Shown here piece by piece: positions 48,214 to 58,264 of a DNA stretch of 64,000 nt (positions are counted from its first letter, which is position 1; every line of letters starts with the position of its first letter). The position numbers and the translations under genes were made by a program. The stretch is from Bdellovibrio sp. (GTDB taxonomy: Bacteria; Bdellovibrionota; Bdellovibrionia; Bdellovibrionales; Bdellovibrionaceae), in assembly GCA_036677065.1 (NCBI GenBank), contig JAKFBS010000001.1, forward strand, positions 320,001-384,000, in the 5' to 3' direction. The notes beneath the pieces were generated by a model. It was not told the origin of the DNA. It did no database searches and saw only the letters and a program-made list of their open reading frames with translations.

Positions 48214-48837
48214 TCAATGCGGATGCATGCTTCCTGATGGGTGCATTCGGGTCAGCGGGTGGCTGATCGAGGTTTGTAATGAATCACTGAGATAGATTTT
48301 ACATTTAACGATATAGGTTTCGCTCATGCGTTCAAGTTCTGATCGAAGAAACAATTTTTCAGCTAGCGGAAAAATCTGGTGTTCTTCTTCATGAATATGG
48401 TTTTTAACAAGGCTTGCAACAACTCTTGCTTTGGCTTCGATTTCTTCGTTCCATGAATCGCGATAGCCCATTTCTAAGAGTTCGCGTTCCATGCGAAAAG
48501 CCACATCATGTTCATCCTGAGCAGAAAAACCCGCTAGGCGCGCATCTTTATCGGCATGATCACGAAGGGCGGGATATAATACTTCTTCTTCGGCTTTGCC
48601 GTGCATTTCAAGTAATCTAAAAAAACGAAACAAATGATCTTGTTTTTCAACATCCGTTGCCGCTTTATTCATTAGAACATCAATAGATTGTTCAATAAAG
48701 TCGTGATGTCTTTCCATAAGCGGAATAAATTCCATTTCATCAATAAGGGCTTCATCTAAGCCTAACTGCACATCTTCTAATGGCAGGGCTTCATGCGGAA
48801 CAATAGATTTAAAAAAGTCTTCGATAACATTAGCCAT
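48214..48837 (-). CDS. hemerythrin-domain protein
   Basis: H, HxxxEE, EH, HxxEEE metal ligands. Confidence 0.85.
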   Translation of the reverse strand: MANVIEDFFKSIVPHEALPLEDVQLGLDEALIDEMEFIPLMERHHDFIEQSIDVLMNKAATDVEKQDHLFRFFRLLEMHGKAEEEVLYPALRDHADKDARLAGFSAQDEHDVAFRMERELLEMGYRDSWNEEIEAKARVVASLVKNHIHEEEHQIFPLAEKLFLRSELERMSETYIVKCKIYLSDSLQTSISHPLTRMHPSGSMHPH

Positions 48838-48893
48838 AAAATTCTCCTTTTATGCGCGTGGCATCGTAGGTAATGGGTACCTAGAAGAATAAA

Positions 48894-48909
48894 TGCAATC
48901 CATTCGCCA
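48894..48909 (-). promoter_or_regulatory. sigma54-like -24/-12 promoter
   Basis: TGGCGAATGGATTGCA (GG-N10-GC) upstream of the hemerythrin gene. Confidence 0.55.
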
Positions 48910-48939
48910 CAGGGCAAATTGGTACTTAGCTGCTGCTTC

Positions 48940-49512
48940 TTAAGTATTTTTAACCGCATCACCGATCGCATAGTAATTACCGCCGGCGATGTGATGGATG
49001 CTTCTTAAATTTGGGTCTGCGGTTTCAAAATGCCAACGACCATCTTTGCAAACGCGTGTGTCGGCCCAAGCTGCGATAATTTCTACAACGAATAGATCAT
49101 AAGTGTTTTGTATATGGGGTTCTGGAATCACTTTGCAAGCAAGCCAAGCCGTACATCCTGCTACAAAGGGTAAATCAAAACCGTCGATATTAAATAATTC
49201 AACGCCAGCTTTTTTTAATTTGTCGGCATCATCAGCTAAACTATGACTGCCCACCGCCGTAGTCAGTTGAGCTTGTGCAACCGTAGGCACTTGAATACAT
49301 AAGTAACCAGTTTTATCGACAAATTCGCGTGTCTTAGTTTCGCTATCAATAACCACAGTTAATTTCGGTGGGGTAAAATCTAAAGCACAGGCCCAGGCTG
49401 CGGCCATTACGTTATCCACACCCTCAAAGCGTGAAGACACTAAAACGGTCGGGCCATGATTAATTAAACGGTAAGCTTTAGCTAACTCGACTTCAGCCAG
49501 ATATGGGTTCAT
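48940..49512 (-). CDS. flavin reductase-like protein
   Basis: RLINHGPTVLVS, NVMAAAW, AWL.C.V; start ATG 49512 after AGGAG. Confidence 0.88.
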   Translation of the reverse strand: MNPYLAEVELAKAYRLINHGPTVLVSSRFEGVDNVMAAAWACALDFTPPKLTVVIDSETKTREFVDKTGYLCIQVPTVAQAQLTTAVGSHSLADDADKLKKAGVELFNIDGFDLPFVAGCTAWLACKVIPEPHIQNTYDLFVVEIIAAWADTRVCKDGRWHFETADPNLRSIHHIAGGNYYAIGDAVKNT

Positions 49513-49658
49513 GAAAACTCCTTGAGAAAACCAGATTTCTAGTCCAGCGTAGCCGCACTTTTTCATCAAGTCACTTGCCTATGACAGAGCTCATCAATAG
49601 ACTTTCTTTCACACCATTTGTTTATATATAAACAAAAATTATTTTAGAGGAGTTCTAG

Positions 49659-50291
49659 ATGAAAACATCATTCGTATTAGCATTAACAGTTTTGACACTT
49701 GGTCTTAACGTATCAGCTAAAGATAAAAAAGCTGCAACGGCAGCCCCAGCAGCCGCAGTAGAAACTTACAAAGTGGATACAGCAGCAAGCACAGTTAGCT
49801 GGAAAGGCACTAAAAAATTAGGAAGCTTTCATGAAGGCACGATGGCTGTTCAAGGCGGATCATTCGCTGTTGAAAAAGACATGGTTAAATCAGGTGATGT
49901 AACTGTTGATATGACATCAATTAAAGATACAGATATTAAAGATGCTGATAACAACAAAAAATTAGTTGGCCACTTATCTAGCCCTGATTTTTTTAACGTA
50001 GCTAAATACCCAACTTCAACTTTTAAAATCACTTCAGTTACTGCTGGCAAAGCTAAAAATGAAATGACAGTTAAAGGTGATTTCACGATGATTGGCCAAA
50101 CACACCCAATTGAATTTCCTGCGGTAGTTACAATTGCCAATGGTCAAGCGACTGGTGATGCGACTGTAAAAGTTGATCGCACTAAATGGGGTTTGAAATA
50201 TAACTCTGGTAACGTGATTAAAGATTTAGCTGCTGATAAAATTATTAATGATGAATTTGAATTAAAATTAAAACTAGTTGCTAAAAAGTAA
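49659..50291 (+). CDS. YceI-family lipid/polyisoprenoid-binding protein
   Basis: signal peptide; S.V.W.G.K, HL.SPDFF.V.KYP, DRTKWG. Confidence 0.92.
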   Translation: MKTSFVLALTVLTLGLNVSAKDKKAATAAPAAAVETYKVDTAASTVSWKGTKKLGSFHEGTMAVQGGSFAVEKDMVKSGDVTVDMTSIKDTDIKDADNNKKLVGHLSSPDFFNVAKYPTSTFKITSVTAGKAKNEMTVKGDFTMIGQTHPIEFPAVVTIANGQATGDATVKVDRTKWGLKYNSGNVIKDLAADKIINDEFELKLKLVAKK

Positions 50292-50315
50292 TTAGAAATT
50301 AAATTTGATTTCGCG

Positions 50316-50345
50316 AAAAAGCCCTACATCGTAGGGCTTTTTTTT
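50316..50345. terminator. bidirectional intrinsic terminator
   Basis: AAAAAGCCCTAC-ATC-GTAGGGCTTTTT. Confidence 0.85.
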
Positions 50346-51243
50346 ATTTTAAGTGCGTTTTAAAAAAATCGACGGTGCGGGTCCAAGCTAGTTTTGCTGC
50401 TTTATCATCAAATCTTGGAGTCGTGTCATTATGAAAACCGTGTTGAGCGCCTTCATACATATGATGCGCAAAATTGACCTTATTGGCTTTAAGTGCAGCT
50501 ACGTAGGCAGGAATTCCCTTAACAATGCGTTCATCAAGTGAAGCATCATGAATTAATACAGCGGCTTTAATATTTTTGACTTCATCGGCTGGAGGTTGTG
50601 AGCCGTAAAATGGAACGGCCGCTTGTAATTTATCACCCATTCTGACAGCTAAGGTATTAGAAATTGCACCACCAAAACAAAAACCGACAACACCAAGTTT
50701 TCCGGTCGAGTCATTGCGATTTTTTAACCAAAGTGCCGAAGCTATAAAATCTTCTGTCATTTTTTCGCGATCAACGGTTTTAAATAGAGCTCCGCCTTTT
50801 TCGTCGTCACCGGGGTAGCCACCTACACTGGTTAATCCATCTGGAGCAAAAGCAATAAAACCTTCAGTGGCTAAGCGTCTGGCAACGTCTTCAACGTAAG
50901 GATTTAGGCCGCGATTTTCATGCACGACAAGAACTGCAGGGTATATGCCTTTTTTTGCAGGCATTGCTAAATGACCCCTGATAGTTCCGTGACCAATAGC
51001 TGACACCACAGTCACTGTTTCGGTTTTAATGCGTTTATCATTTTTTGGAACTTGAATCGCTAAAGCGTAATTTGGCTTAATCAAATCAAACATCGCGTTG
51101 ATCGTCATACCGGCGATAGCAAACTTTGCTGCATGCATTAGAAAAGTTCGGCGATCCATTTCGCCGTGCACGTAACGATCAAATAAAGACCAAAGCTCTT
51201 GCGGAAATTCGTCGGCAGATTTTCTTTTCATGGGCTCAAGCAT
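50344..51243 (-). CDS. dienelactone hydrolase-family protein (YghX-like)
   Basis: HENRGLNP, GFCFGG, HGFHND; DRRTFL Tat-like segment. Confidence 0.92.
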   Translation of the reverse strand: MLEPMKRKSADEFPQELWSLFDRYVHGEMDRRTFLMHAAKFAIAGMTINAMFDLIKPNYALAIQVPKNDKRIKTETVTVVSAIGHGTIRGHLAMPAKKGIYPAVLVVHENRGLNPYVEDVARRLATEGFIAFAPDGLTSVGGYPGDDEKGGALFKTVDREKMTEDFIASALWLKNRNDSTGKLGVVGFCFGGAISNTLAVRMGDKLQAAVPFYGSQPPADEVKNIKAAVLIHDASLDERIVKGIPAYVAALKANKVNFAHHMYEGAQHGFHNDTTPRFDDKAAKLAWTRTVDFFKTHLK

Positions 51244-51346
51244 AGCTAGGCTTTATTTTGAAGTGTATTGAAAATCAGTCTTGAAGCGGTGAGCATATTT
51301 TTATCAATTAGTTTTTAATGGCGCATTTATTGCTTTTGTAAACGAT

Positions 51347-52615
51347 ATGGCAGAACTGAATCGTACCCTGGGTATCCCGATGTTAACATTTTATGGAACC
51401 GGAATGATTCTAGGTGCAGGTATTTATTCGGTTATCGGCAAGGCCGCAGGTTTAACAGCTGAAAGCCTGTGGATAAGTTTTGTTCTGGCCTCAATTGTTG
51501 CCTTGTTAACAGCTTTTTCCTATTCAGAATTGGCAGCGATGTTCCCCAAAGCTGGGGCAGAATATATTTATCTGGGTAAAGCTTTTAAAAAACAAAAATG
51601 GTTTGCAGAAACGGTCGGCTTTGCCATGGCTTTTTCAGGAGCTGCCACGGCCGCAACTGTAGCACTGGCTTTTGCAGGGTATTTAAATCAGTTCGTCGAT
51701 GTTTCAAGCGCCGTGGTTGCACCAGTTTTATTAACTGCACTTACAGGAATTGCCCTTATTGGTATTCGCACTTCGGGGTGGGCGAATATTATTTTTACGC
51801 TGATTGAAATAGGCGGGCTTGGATTAATTATTTATTTAGGCTTACAAAATGAAAAATTTGGAGAAGCTCTTTCAGCAACTCCACATATGGGAACACTTTC
51901 TGGTGCCGCACTGATTATTTTTTCTTTTTTCGGTTTTGAAAATATTGTCAACCTTGCCGAAGAATCTAAAAAACCAGAAAAACATATTCCTAAAGCCATT
52001 TTTATCAGTGTTGGTATAGCGACAGTATTATATATCTTGGTCAGCTTTTCGGCGCTGGCGCTTCTGCCGACTGAAAAGCTAGCGCAAAGTAGTGCCGCAT
52101 TAATGTCAGTTGCTGAAGCCAGTTCTGCAAAAGCCGCAAGAGTGTTAGGAGCGATTGCTCTTTTTTCAACAGCGAATACAGCCTTAATTTCTATGATCGG
52201 CGCAAGCCGCATTCTCTATGGCATGGCCGGACAACATTCGTTGCCAGAAGTTATGGCTAAAGTGGCATCCACAAAAAAAACGCCATGGGTGGCCTCGTTA
52301 GTTGTTTTCATCACAGCCTTAGTTTTGTTACCACTCGGAAAAGTTGAAACAGTTGCCAGTGTCTCGGCCTTAGCTACGTTATTTGCTTTTATCGCGGTCA
52401 ATGTAACTTTGATTCGCTTGCGTTATATCGATGCCGATCGTGAAAGACCATTTCGTGTGCCGTTAAATATTGGTCAATTACCGGTACTGCCCGTATTAGG
52501 AATTTTATTATGCACAGCTTTTTTATTTCAATTTGAATCGACTGTGTATTTAGTTGGCGGATTATTTTTATCATTAAGCGCTGCTCTATTTGCGTGGCGC
52601 GGCCATCGCAAATAG
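51347..52615 (+). CDS. APC-family amino acid permease
   Basis: ILGAGIY, SY.EL...FP.AG.EY, GFE.....AEE, SR.LYGMA. Confidence 0.92.
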   Translation: MAELNRTLGIPMLTFYGTGMILGAGIYSVIGKAAGLTAESLWISFVLASIVALLTAFSYSELAAMFPKAGAEYIYLGKAFKKQKWFAETVGFAMAFSGAATAATVALAFAGYLNQFVDVSSAVVAPVLLTALTGIALIGIRTSGWANIIFTLIEIGGLGLIIYLGLQNEKFGEALSATPHMGTLSGAALIIFSFFGFENIVNLAEESKKPEKHIPKAIFISVGIATVLYILVSFSALALLPTEKLAQSSAALMSVAEASSAKAARVLGAIALFSTANTALISMIGASRILYGMAGQHSLPEVMAKVASTKKTPWVASLVVFITALVLLPLGKVETVASVSALATLFAFIAVNVTLIRLRYIDADRERPFRVPLNIGQLPVLPVLGILLCTAFLFQFESTVYLVGGLFLSLSAALFAWRGHRK

Positions 52616-52672
52616 AAAGCATTCTATTATGACTTTCTTGCGCGAAGTTTTTTAACGGGTATACTAAAAATT

Positions 52673-53116
52673 ATGAATGCATCAACGTTAGAAACAAAAC
52701 TTCACACAGAAATTCCACTAAGCCAGTTTATGCAGGTTAAAGTAATTCACGCTGATGAAAAACAAATTGAATTGCATTGTCCGTTAGGGCCAAACCATAA
52801 TCACGTGGGCACAGCGTTTGGTGGATCACTGGCAACGATGATGGTGCTAGCAGCTTATTGTCAGTTATTTAAAATAATTCATGAAACAGGGCATGTTTTA
52901 TTAAAAACATCGTCTATGAAATACATGATTCCGGTTGAAGAAACTCTGCGCGCGGTTTGTAATGCGCCCACTGAAGACCAGGTGCAAAAGTTTAAAGAAG
53001 CTTTTGCTAAAAAAGGTAAAGGCCGCTTAACTTTAACCAGTCAGATTGTATTAGCTGATGGCCGCGTAGCTTGCGAAATGACCGGCGAATTTGTAGGGGT
53101 TGGCGACGATGTCTAA
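52673..53116 (+). CDS. YiiD-type hotdog thioesterase
   Basis: IPLS..M, PL.PN.NH.GTAFGGSL. Confidence 0.85.
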   Translation: MNASTLETKLHTEIPLSQFMQVKVIHADEKQIELHCPLGPNHNHVGTAFGGSLATMMVLAAYCQLFKIIHETGHVLLKTSSMKYMIPVEETLRAVCNAPTEDQVQKFKEAFAKKGKGRLTLTSQIVLADGRVACEMTGEFVGVGDDV

Positions 53117-53471
53117 AGAAGAAATTTTAAAATTAGAACAACGATTAAACGAAGCAGATAGCAGCAAAGAAATCGATACTCGTCATATTTTAGAAGAATT
53201 ACTTGCACCCACGGCATTGATCGTAGGCCCTAAAGGTGAACTGTACGATAAAGCTTTTATCTTAAATGCGCATGGGCCAAAGCGTGTGCCGTTTGAAGCA
53301 GTGATCGTTGATGAGCTAAAAATCGAGACTTATCCAGATACAGCGATTGTGTATAGTCTGACGACTTATAAAACTAAAGAGCAGTCGTTTAGATTAAGAT
53401 TTTTTCGCGTTTGGAAAAAGTTAGATAACCAATGGAAAGTCGTTGGTGGTTCAACAACTATCGCGTCCTAG
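53109..53471 (+). CDS. NTF2-like (DUF4440) protein
   Basis: LE..L, L.....IVGP.G, RF.RVW.K....W.VV. Confidence 0.75.
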   Translation: MSKEEILKLEQRLNEADSSKEIDTRHILEELLAPTALIVGPKGELYDKAFILNAHGPKRVPFEAVIVDELKIETYPDTAIVYSLTTYKTKEQSFRLRFFRVWKKLDNQWKVVGGSTTIAS

Positions 53472-54876
53472 GTGGCGGGATAAGTTTCTTTTTGATTTGT
53501 TCTAAAACCTTTTCGGGGCTGCGCACGCGTAAGGTTACGCCATTTTCATTATAGCTTTCGCTTAAGACACGAAGTTTAGATCTGATTTCGCCGATAACAC
53601 CTTGAACTGTGTAAGGGATAAAAATATCTTCATCAACCATATCTGTTTCAAAGTAACTCATGATTTTATCACGCATGCGTTTTAAATCGTCTTTATCGCG
53701 TGTTGAAATCATAATCGCGTCTGGATATTCAACCATTAAGGCAGCAACTTCATCGGCACTTAAGTTATCGCGCTTATTTAAAACTAACAGACTTGGAATT
53801 TCGTCAGCGCCAACTTCGCTTAAAGTGCTTTTAGTCACTTCTAATTGCGAACGAAATGAAGCATCAGAACTATCTACAACGAATAATAATAACGAAGCGT
53901 TTAAAGCTTCATCTAATGTTGATTTAAACGAAGCCACAAGGTCATGCGGAAGTTTTTTAATAAAACCAACAGTATCAGATAATAAAACTTTAGGGCGTGT
54001 TTCAGGATAGATCGGGCGGATTGTCGTATCTAGTGTCGCAAATAACTTATCGGCCACGTAGATTTCACTGCCCGTCATTGCACGCATTAACGAAGATTTA
54101 CCGGCATTCGTGTAACCAACTAAAGCCACGCTGATTTCTTGGTCGCGGCGATTGCGGCGAATCTGATGTTGATTGCCGATAGCTTCTAATTCAGTTCTTA
54201 ATTCTTTAATACGATCACGAACTTTACGTTTATCTAATTCAATCGCGCTTTCGCCGACACCTTTACCGCCACCACCTTCACGATCTTCACCGCCACCAGT
54301 TTCGCGTAATCTTGGTCCTAAATACGTTAAACGGGCGATCTCGACCTGAAGACGAGCTGTTTTTGTTTTTGCATGGCGCGAGAAAATTTCGATAATTACA
54401 CCAGTGCGGTCAAAGACAGTAACACCAGTAGCGCTTTCTAAATTTCTGATTTGTGAGGGCGATAATTCAGTATCAACGATAACAATCTGGGCTGAATTTC
54501 TTTTTTCTTCCGGAATTAAATTATTAGCTTCTTCGCTTTCAGGTTCTGAAGACTCAGTCTCAAGAGTCTCTTCAGATTCTTCAGGCTGTTCTTTATTATC
54601 TAACCATTTCTGTTTTGCTTTGCTGACTTTAACATCTACAACTGAAGCCACTACGCCGGTGCCGTTGGTCCATTGCGCTAATTCTTTTAATTTGCCATCA
54701 CCTAAAACTGTCATCGTACGGTCGCTACTACGCTTTTGTGTGACTTGTCCAACGACATTATAACCAAGAGTTGTCACAAGGCGTGTTAACTCCTGAAGAG
54801 AGGCTTCAAGTTCTGCTGTAGAAACTTTCGGTAACTGAATGCCGACTAAGACTGCGCTTTTGACTGGTTTTTCCAT
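53458..54876 (-). CDS. hflX: GTPase HflX
   Basis: DRT.VI.EIF..HA, LQVE.A.L.Y, GYTNAGKSSL, LFATLDTT, DTVGFI, NKRD. Confidence 0.95.
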   Translation of the reverse strand: MEKPVKSAVLVGIQLPKVSTAELEASLQELTRLVTTLGYNVVGQVTQKRSSDRTMTVLGDGKLKELAQWTNGTGVVASVVDVKVSKAKQKWLDNKEQPEESEETLETESSEPESEEANNLIPEEKRNSAQIVIVDTELSPSQIRNLESATGVTVFDRTGVIIEIFSRHAKTKTARLQVEIARLTYLGPRLRETGGGEDREGGGGKGVGESAIELDKRKVRDRIKELRTELEAIGNQHQIRRNRRDQEISVALVGYTNAGKSSLMRAMTGSEIYVADKLFATLDTTIRPIYPETRPKVLLSDTVGFIKKLPHDLVASFKSTLDEALNASLLLFVVDSSDASFRSQLEVTKSTLSEVGADEIPSLLVLNKRDNLSADEVAALMVEYPDAIMISTRDKDDLKRMRDKIMSYFETDMVDEDIFIPYTVQGVIGEIRSKLRVLSESYNENGVTLRVRSPEKVLEQIKKKLIPPPRTR

Positions 54877-54879
54877 CGA

Positions 54880-56205
54880 CTACTTTTTTGCTGGATTGTA
54901 CGGTTTTGGCTTAAACTTCGGACGCTGAGATTTAGCACGTGGCGGAGCCGCAGGTTTTGCGGCTTTTGCTGCAGCAGATGCTTTTGCACCGGCTACAGTT
55001 TTTTTGCGTTTAATGCGCTTAGGTTTACGTAACTCTTCAGCCACATGTAAGCGTTTACCGGTTTTATCTTTAAAGCGCGCTTTTAAATCTTTTGCTGAAG
55101 CGCCTTTGCCTTCAAGCTTTGCGATTAATGCTAAATCACGCTCAGTCACTAAATTCACAACTAAACCCTGTCTGCCCGCACGTGCTGTACGACCGACGCG
55201 GTGAAGATAATTCGTTAGCTCTTCAGGTAAGTGATAATTAATAACGCGGCCTACGTAATCTAAATCTAAACCACGCGCTGCTAAATCAGTACAAACTAGT
55301 AAACTGACTTTGCCATCACGAAAAGATTTAAGATTTTGGCGACGTTCGCTTTTATCCATCTCGCCACGGTAAGAAAGACATTCGTAACCGTGTTGTGTCA
55401 GCTCATTAGTGATTTTATCAACTTGATCGCGAGTGTTGGCGAAAATAATTGTTCCACCTGCAGGCTTTTGTTTAATTAATTTTTCAAAAATCGGCCAACG
55501 TAAACCATCGATCACAGTTTCGTTTTTAGTTGTTAATGTTTTTACTACTTTGCCAGCTCCGCTTGATTTGATCACTTCAGCTTTAGCAAAGATCGTATTA
55601 ATTAAATCTTGAACCGTGTGTGAAACTGTCGCCGAAAATAAAGCTAACGATGTATCAGAACCACAAGAATTAACGATCATTTGTGATTCCGTTAAAAAAC
55701 CGTCATCTAACATTTGATCAGCTTCATCAAACACGATCATACGTACATCAGAAAAATTGATTAAACGTTTTTCTACTAACTGAGCCAAGCGACCTGGTGT
55801 AGCTAATAAAATTTCAAACGGAGCCGCAATGCTGCGACGACTTTGTTCAAAAGTTGTTCCGCCTAATACCGGGCGAACGCGTAAACGAGTATCATGGGTG
55901 TAGTTTTTAAAAACTTTTGAAACCTGTTCACCTAAATCACGCGACGGTACTAATACGATCGCACGTGGTGATGCAGGTTCAGTCACCGGGTTACCGTCAT
56001 TTTCTAAAGTCTTAGCCATATGCATAATTGGTAAAGCGTAAGTTAAAGTTTTACCGCTTCCAGTTTCTGAAACGCCAACAACTGATTGGCCTGACATCAA
56101 CATCGGGATCGCATATTTTTGGATCTCGGTCGGAGTATAAATTTTGTTAGCTTTTAACGTTTTCGTTAACGATGGCAATAAGCCAAATTCTGGAAATGTA
56201 TTCAT
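54880..56205 (-). CDS. DEAD-box RNA helicase
   Basis: Q-motif, TGSGKT, TPGR, DEAD, SAT, ARGLD, HRVGRTAR; basic C-terminal tail. Confidence 0.95.
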   Translation of the reverse strand: MNTFPEFGLLPSLTKTLKANKIYTPTEIQKYAIPMLMSGQSVVGVSETGSGKTLTYALPIMHMAKTLENDGNPVTEPASPRAIVLVPSRDLGEQVSKVFKNYTHDTRLRVRPVLGGTTFEQSRRSIAAPFEILLATPGRLAQLVEKRLINFSDVRMIVFDEADQMLDDGFLTESQMIVNSCGSDTSLALFSATVSHTVQDLINTIFAKAEVIKSSGAGKVVKTLTTKNETVIDGLRWPIFEKLIKQKPAGGTIIFANTRDQVDKITNELTQHGYECLSYRGEMDKSERRQNLKSFRDGKVSLLVCTDLAARGLDLDYVGRVINYHLPEELTNYLHRVGRTARAGRQGLVVNLVTERDLALIAKLEGKGASAKDLKARFKDKTGKRLHVAEELRKPKRIKRKKTVAGAKASAAAKAAKPAAPPRAKSQRPKFKPKPYNPAKK

Positions 56206-56333
56206 AGAGGCGGAGTGTATACGCGTAGCCCTCAATTTACCAAGTAAATAAGAGCTAACCTGTTAAAATTACCCGTAAATTTCGCTAAACTAGGGAGTTG
56301 TGAAAGCTCCATTTTGGCTCTACCATTTTAAGT

Positions 56334-57089
56334 ATGGATAAATCATATTACCACGCACATGAATCGGCTTATCAGCAAATAAAATCAAACGGTTACGTCG
56401 GTTGGGGCAATGCCAAGACGCTGAATGATTTAGGCGACGACATCACTAAACAGTATCTGCACGACACGGTTTTAAAGCATTTTCCCCAAACCGCGGGCAA
56501 AAAAGCTCTGGATATCGGGTGTGGCACAGGCACGACCGCATTTATGTTATCGCGCATGGGAATGGATGTAACGGGAATCGATATTTCTGAAACCGCCATC
56601 GCTATGGGAGAAGAACTTTCGCGCACTCAGGGTTTAAATATTAAATTTGTTGTGGGTGATGTGCTTCACCTGGATAAATTCAGTGAAAAGCTGAACCAGA
56701 AATTTGATTTAATTTATGATAGTCACTGTCTTCACTGCATCGTTTTTGATGAAGACCGCCAAAGTGTTTTAACGGGGGCTAAGAAATCTTTAGTTGATGG
56801 CGGAATTTTTGTTTTAGACACGATGGTTATGCCTGAAGTTCCGCATGATCCGGCTTCGGCTTATGGTACTTTGCGTTTTGATGAAGATTTTATTCTTTGG
56901 CATAAAACGAAATCTGCAAACATGAAAGGCGTAGTCGAAATCGACGGCCAAGCTTGGTGCGCTCAACGCCGAATTTATCCACCTCATGTGGTTATGGCCG
57001 AAGTTGCGAAAGCTGGTTTTGTGACGGTGTCGCACAGATTAGACGTACAAGAGAACGAACCTTCGATGCTTCGTTTAATTTTGAGGTAA
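56334..57089 (+). CDS. class I SAM-dependent methyltransferase
   Basis: LDIGCGTG, GIDIS, FDLIYD. Confidence 0.9.
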   Translation: MDKSYYHAHESAYQQIKSNGYVGWGNAKTLNDLGDDITKQYLHDTVLKHFPQTAGKKALDIGCGTGTTAFMLSRMGMDVTGIDISETAIAMGEELSRTQGLNIKFVVGDVLHLDKFSEKLNQKFDLIYDSHCLHCIVFDEDRQSVLTGAKKSLVDGGIFVLDTMVMPEVPHDPASAYGTLRFDEDFILWHKTKSANMKGVVEIDGQAWCAQRRIYPPHVVMAEVAKAGFVTVSHRLDVQENEPSMLRLILR

Positions 57090-57144
57090 TTTGCCCTAGC
57101 TCCAGGTTTGCACATCATCTTTTTTCTAACTAAGGGAGAGATGT

Positions 57145-57270
57145 ATGCAATTACAGAAATTTATCGACAATGTTAATGGCCGTGTAGCAGTACCTATTAT
57201 TATGTGGATGCTGGGTGCGCCGTTAGGGCTTGTGATTTTACTTTGGTTTTTCTTCTTTCGTGGAAGATAG
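57145..57270 (+). CDS. 41-aa single-pass small membrane protein
   Basis: AGGGAG RBS; MQLQKFIDNVNGRVAVPIIMWMLGAPLGLVILLWFFFFRGR; followed by a hairpin. Confidence 0.75.
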   Translation: MQLQKFIDNVNGRVAVPIIMWMLGAPLGLVILLWFFFFRGR

Positions 57271-57279
57271 GCAACTACA

Positions 57280-57309
57280 TAGCTCACTACTTGTTACAGT
57301 AGTGAGCTA
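57280..57309. terminator. hairpin between convergent genes
   Basis: TAGCTCACTAC-N8-GTAGTGAGCTA. Confidence 0.65.
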
Positions 57310-57316
57310 AATTTAT

Positions 57317-58186
57317 TTAGTGTCGCATTTCTAATTCAGAATGCATCACTTTAGCTTCGCCTAAGAACTTCACTAAGGCATTGTTCACTTCTTCTGCATG
57401 ACTTGCCAGTAATCCGTGTGGGCCACCGTCGATTTCAACATACTGACAGTTTGGTAACATTTCGCGAAGTCTGTGTGCAGTCACTTCGATCGGTGTGATT
57501 TTATCGCCGTTTCCGTGAATGACTAAACTTGGAATTTTAATTTTTGCTAGATCGCTTCTGAAATCTTCTAACCAGGCATCAATGCAATTTACTGTCGCAA
57601 TCGCTGAAGCTTCCATAGCTAGATTCCAGCTGAATTGAATAACGTCGTCACTGACATCTTTTGTGCCTAAGACGCCATGGCTGTAGAAATCTTTTAAAAA
57701 TCCTTTAATAAAAGTCGGGCGATCGGCAATGCATCTTCTAATCATGTCGTCGAATACTACTTTATTAACGCCGGCTTGATTGCCCTCGGTTTTTAGTAAT
57801 GCAGGTAGAATCCCTGAAATGAAAACGGCTTTTTCAATACGCTCGTCACCATACAATGAAATGTATCTGGCGATTTCGCCTGTACCCATAGAAAAACCAA
57901 CTAAGGTTACTTCAGATAAATTTAATTTTGCGATAATTTGATGTAAGTCATCAGCGAACGTATCGTAGTTGTATCCTGTTGCTGGTTTACTAGATTCGCC
58001 AAAACCGCGTCTGGCGTAACTAATTACGCGAAAGCCTTTTGCTAACAGTACGGCTTCTTGGTTTTCCCATGAGCGTTCGTTCAGTGGCCAACCATGAAGT
58101 AGAATAATTGGCTTACCTGTGCCGTGATCTTGATAGTGTAGATCGATGGTTGCTGAATTTTCTTTGCCGACTTCAATGTAATGCAT
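57317..58186 (-). CDS. non-heme haloperoxidase-like alpha/beta hydrolase
   Basis: HGWPL, RRGFG.S, GFSMG.GE, HG..D, GPHG. Confidence 0.92.
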   Translation of the reverse strand: MHYIEVGKENSATIDLHYQDHGTGKPIILLHGWPLNERSWENQEAVLLAKGFRVISYARRGFGESSKPATGYNYDTFADDLHQIIAKLNLSEVTLVGFSMGTGEIARYISLYGDERIEKAVFISGILPALLKTEGNQAGVNKVVFDDMIRRCIADRPTFIKGFLKDFYSHGVLGTKDVSDDVIQFSWNLAMEASAIATVNCIDAWLEDFRSDLAKIKIPSLVIHGNGDKITPIEVTAHRLREMLPNCQYVEIDGGPHGLLASHAEEVNNALVKFLGEAKVMHSELEMRH

Positions 58187-58264
58187 AAAGCTCTCCTTGG
58201 TTTTAAAACGCAAGAAGAGCTGCAAAAAGTATTCTTAATTAATCGGGGAGTGTTGCCCCAGAAA

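Noticed and set aside
57108..57150. FourU-like hairpin occluding the RBS of the 41-aa ORF
   Set aside because: Pairing relies on several G-U pairs, and the predicted sigma54 start (~57123) would remove much of the 5' arm.
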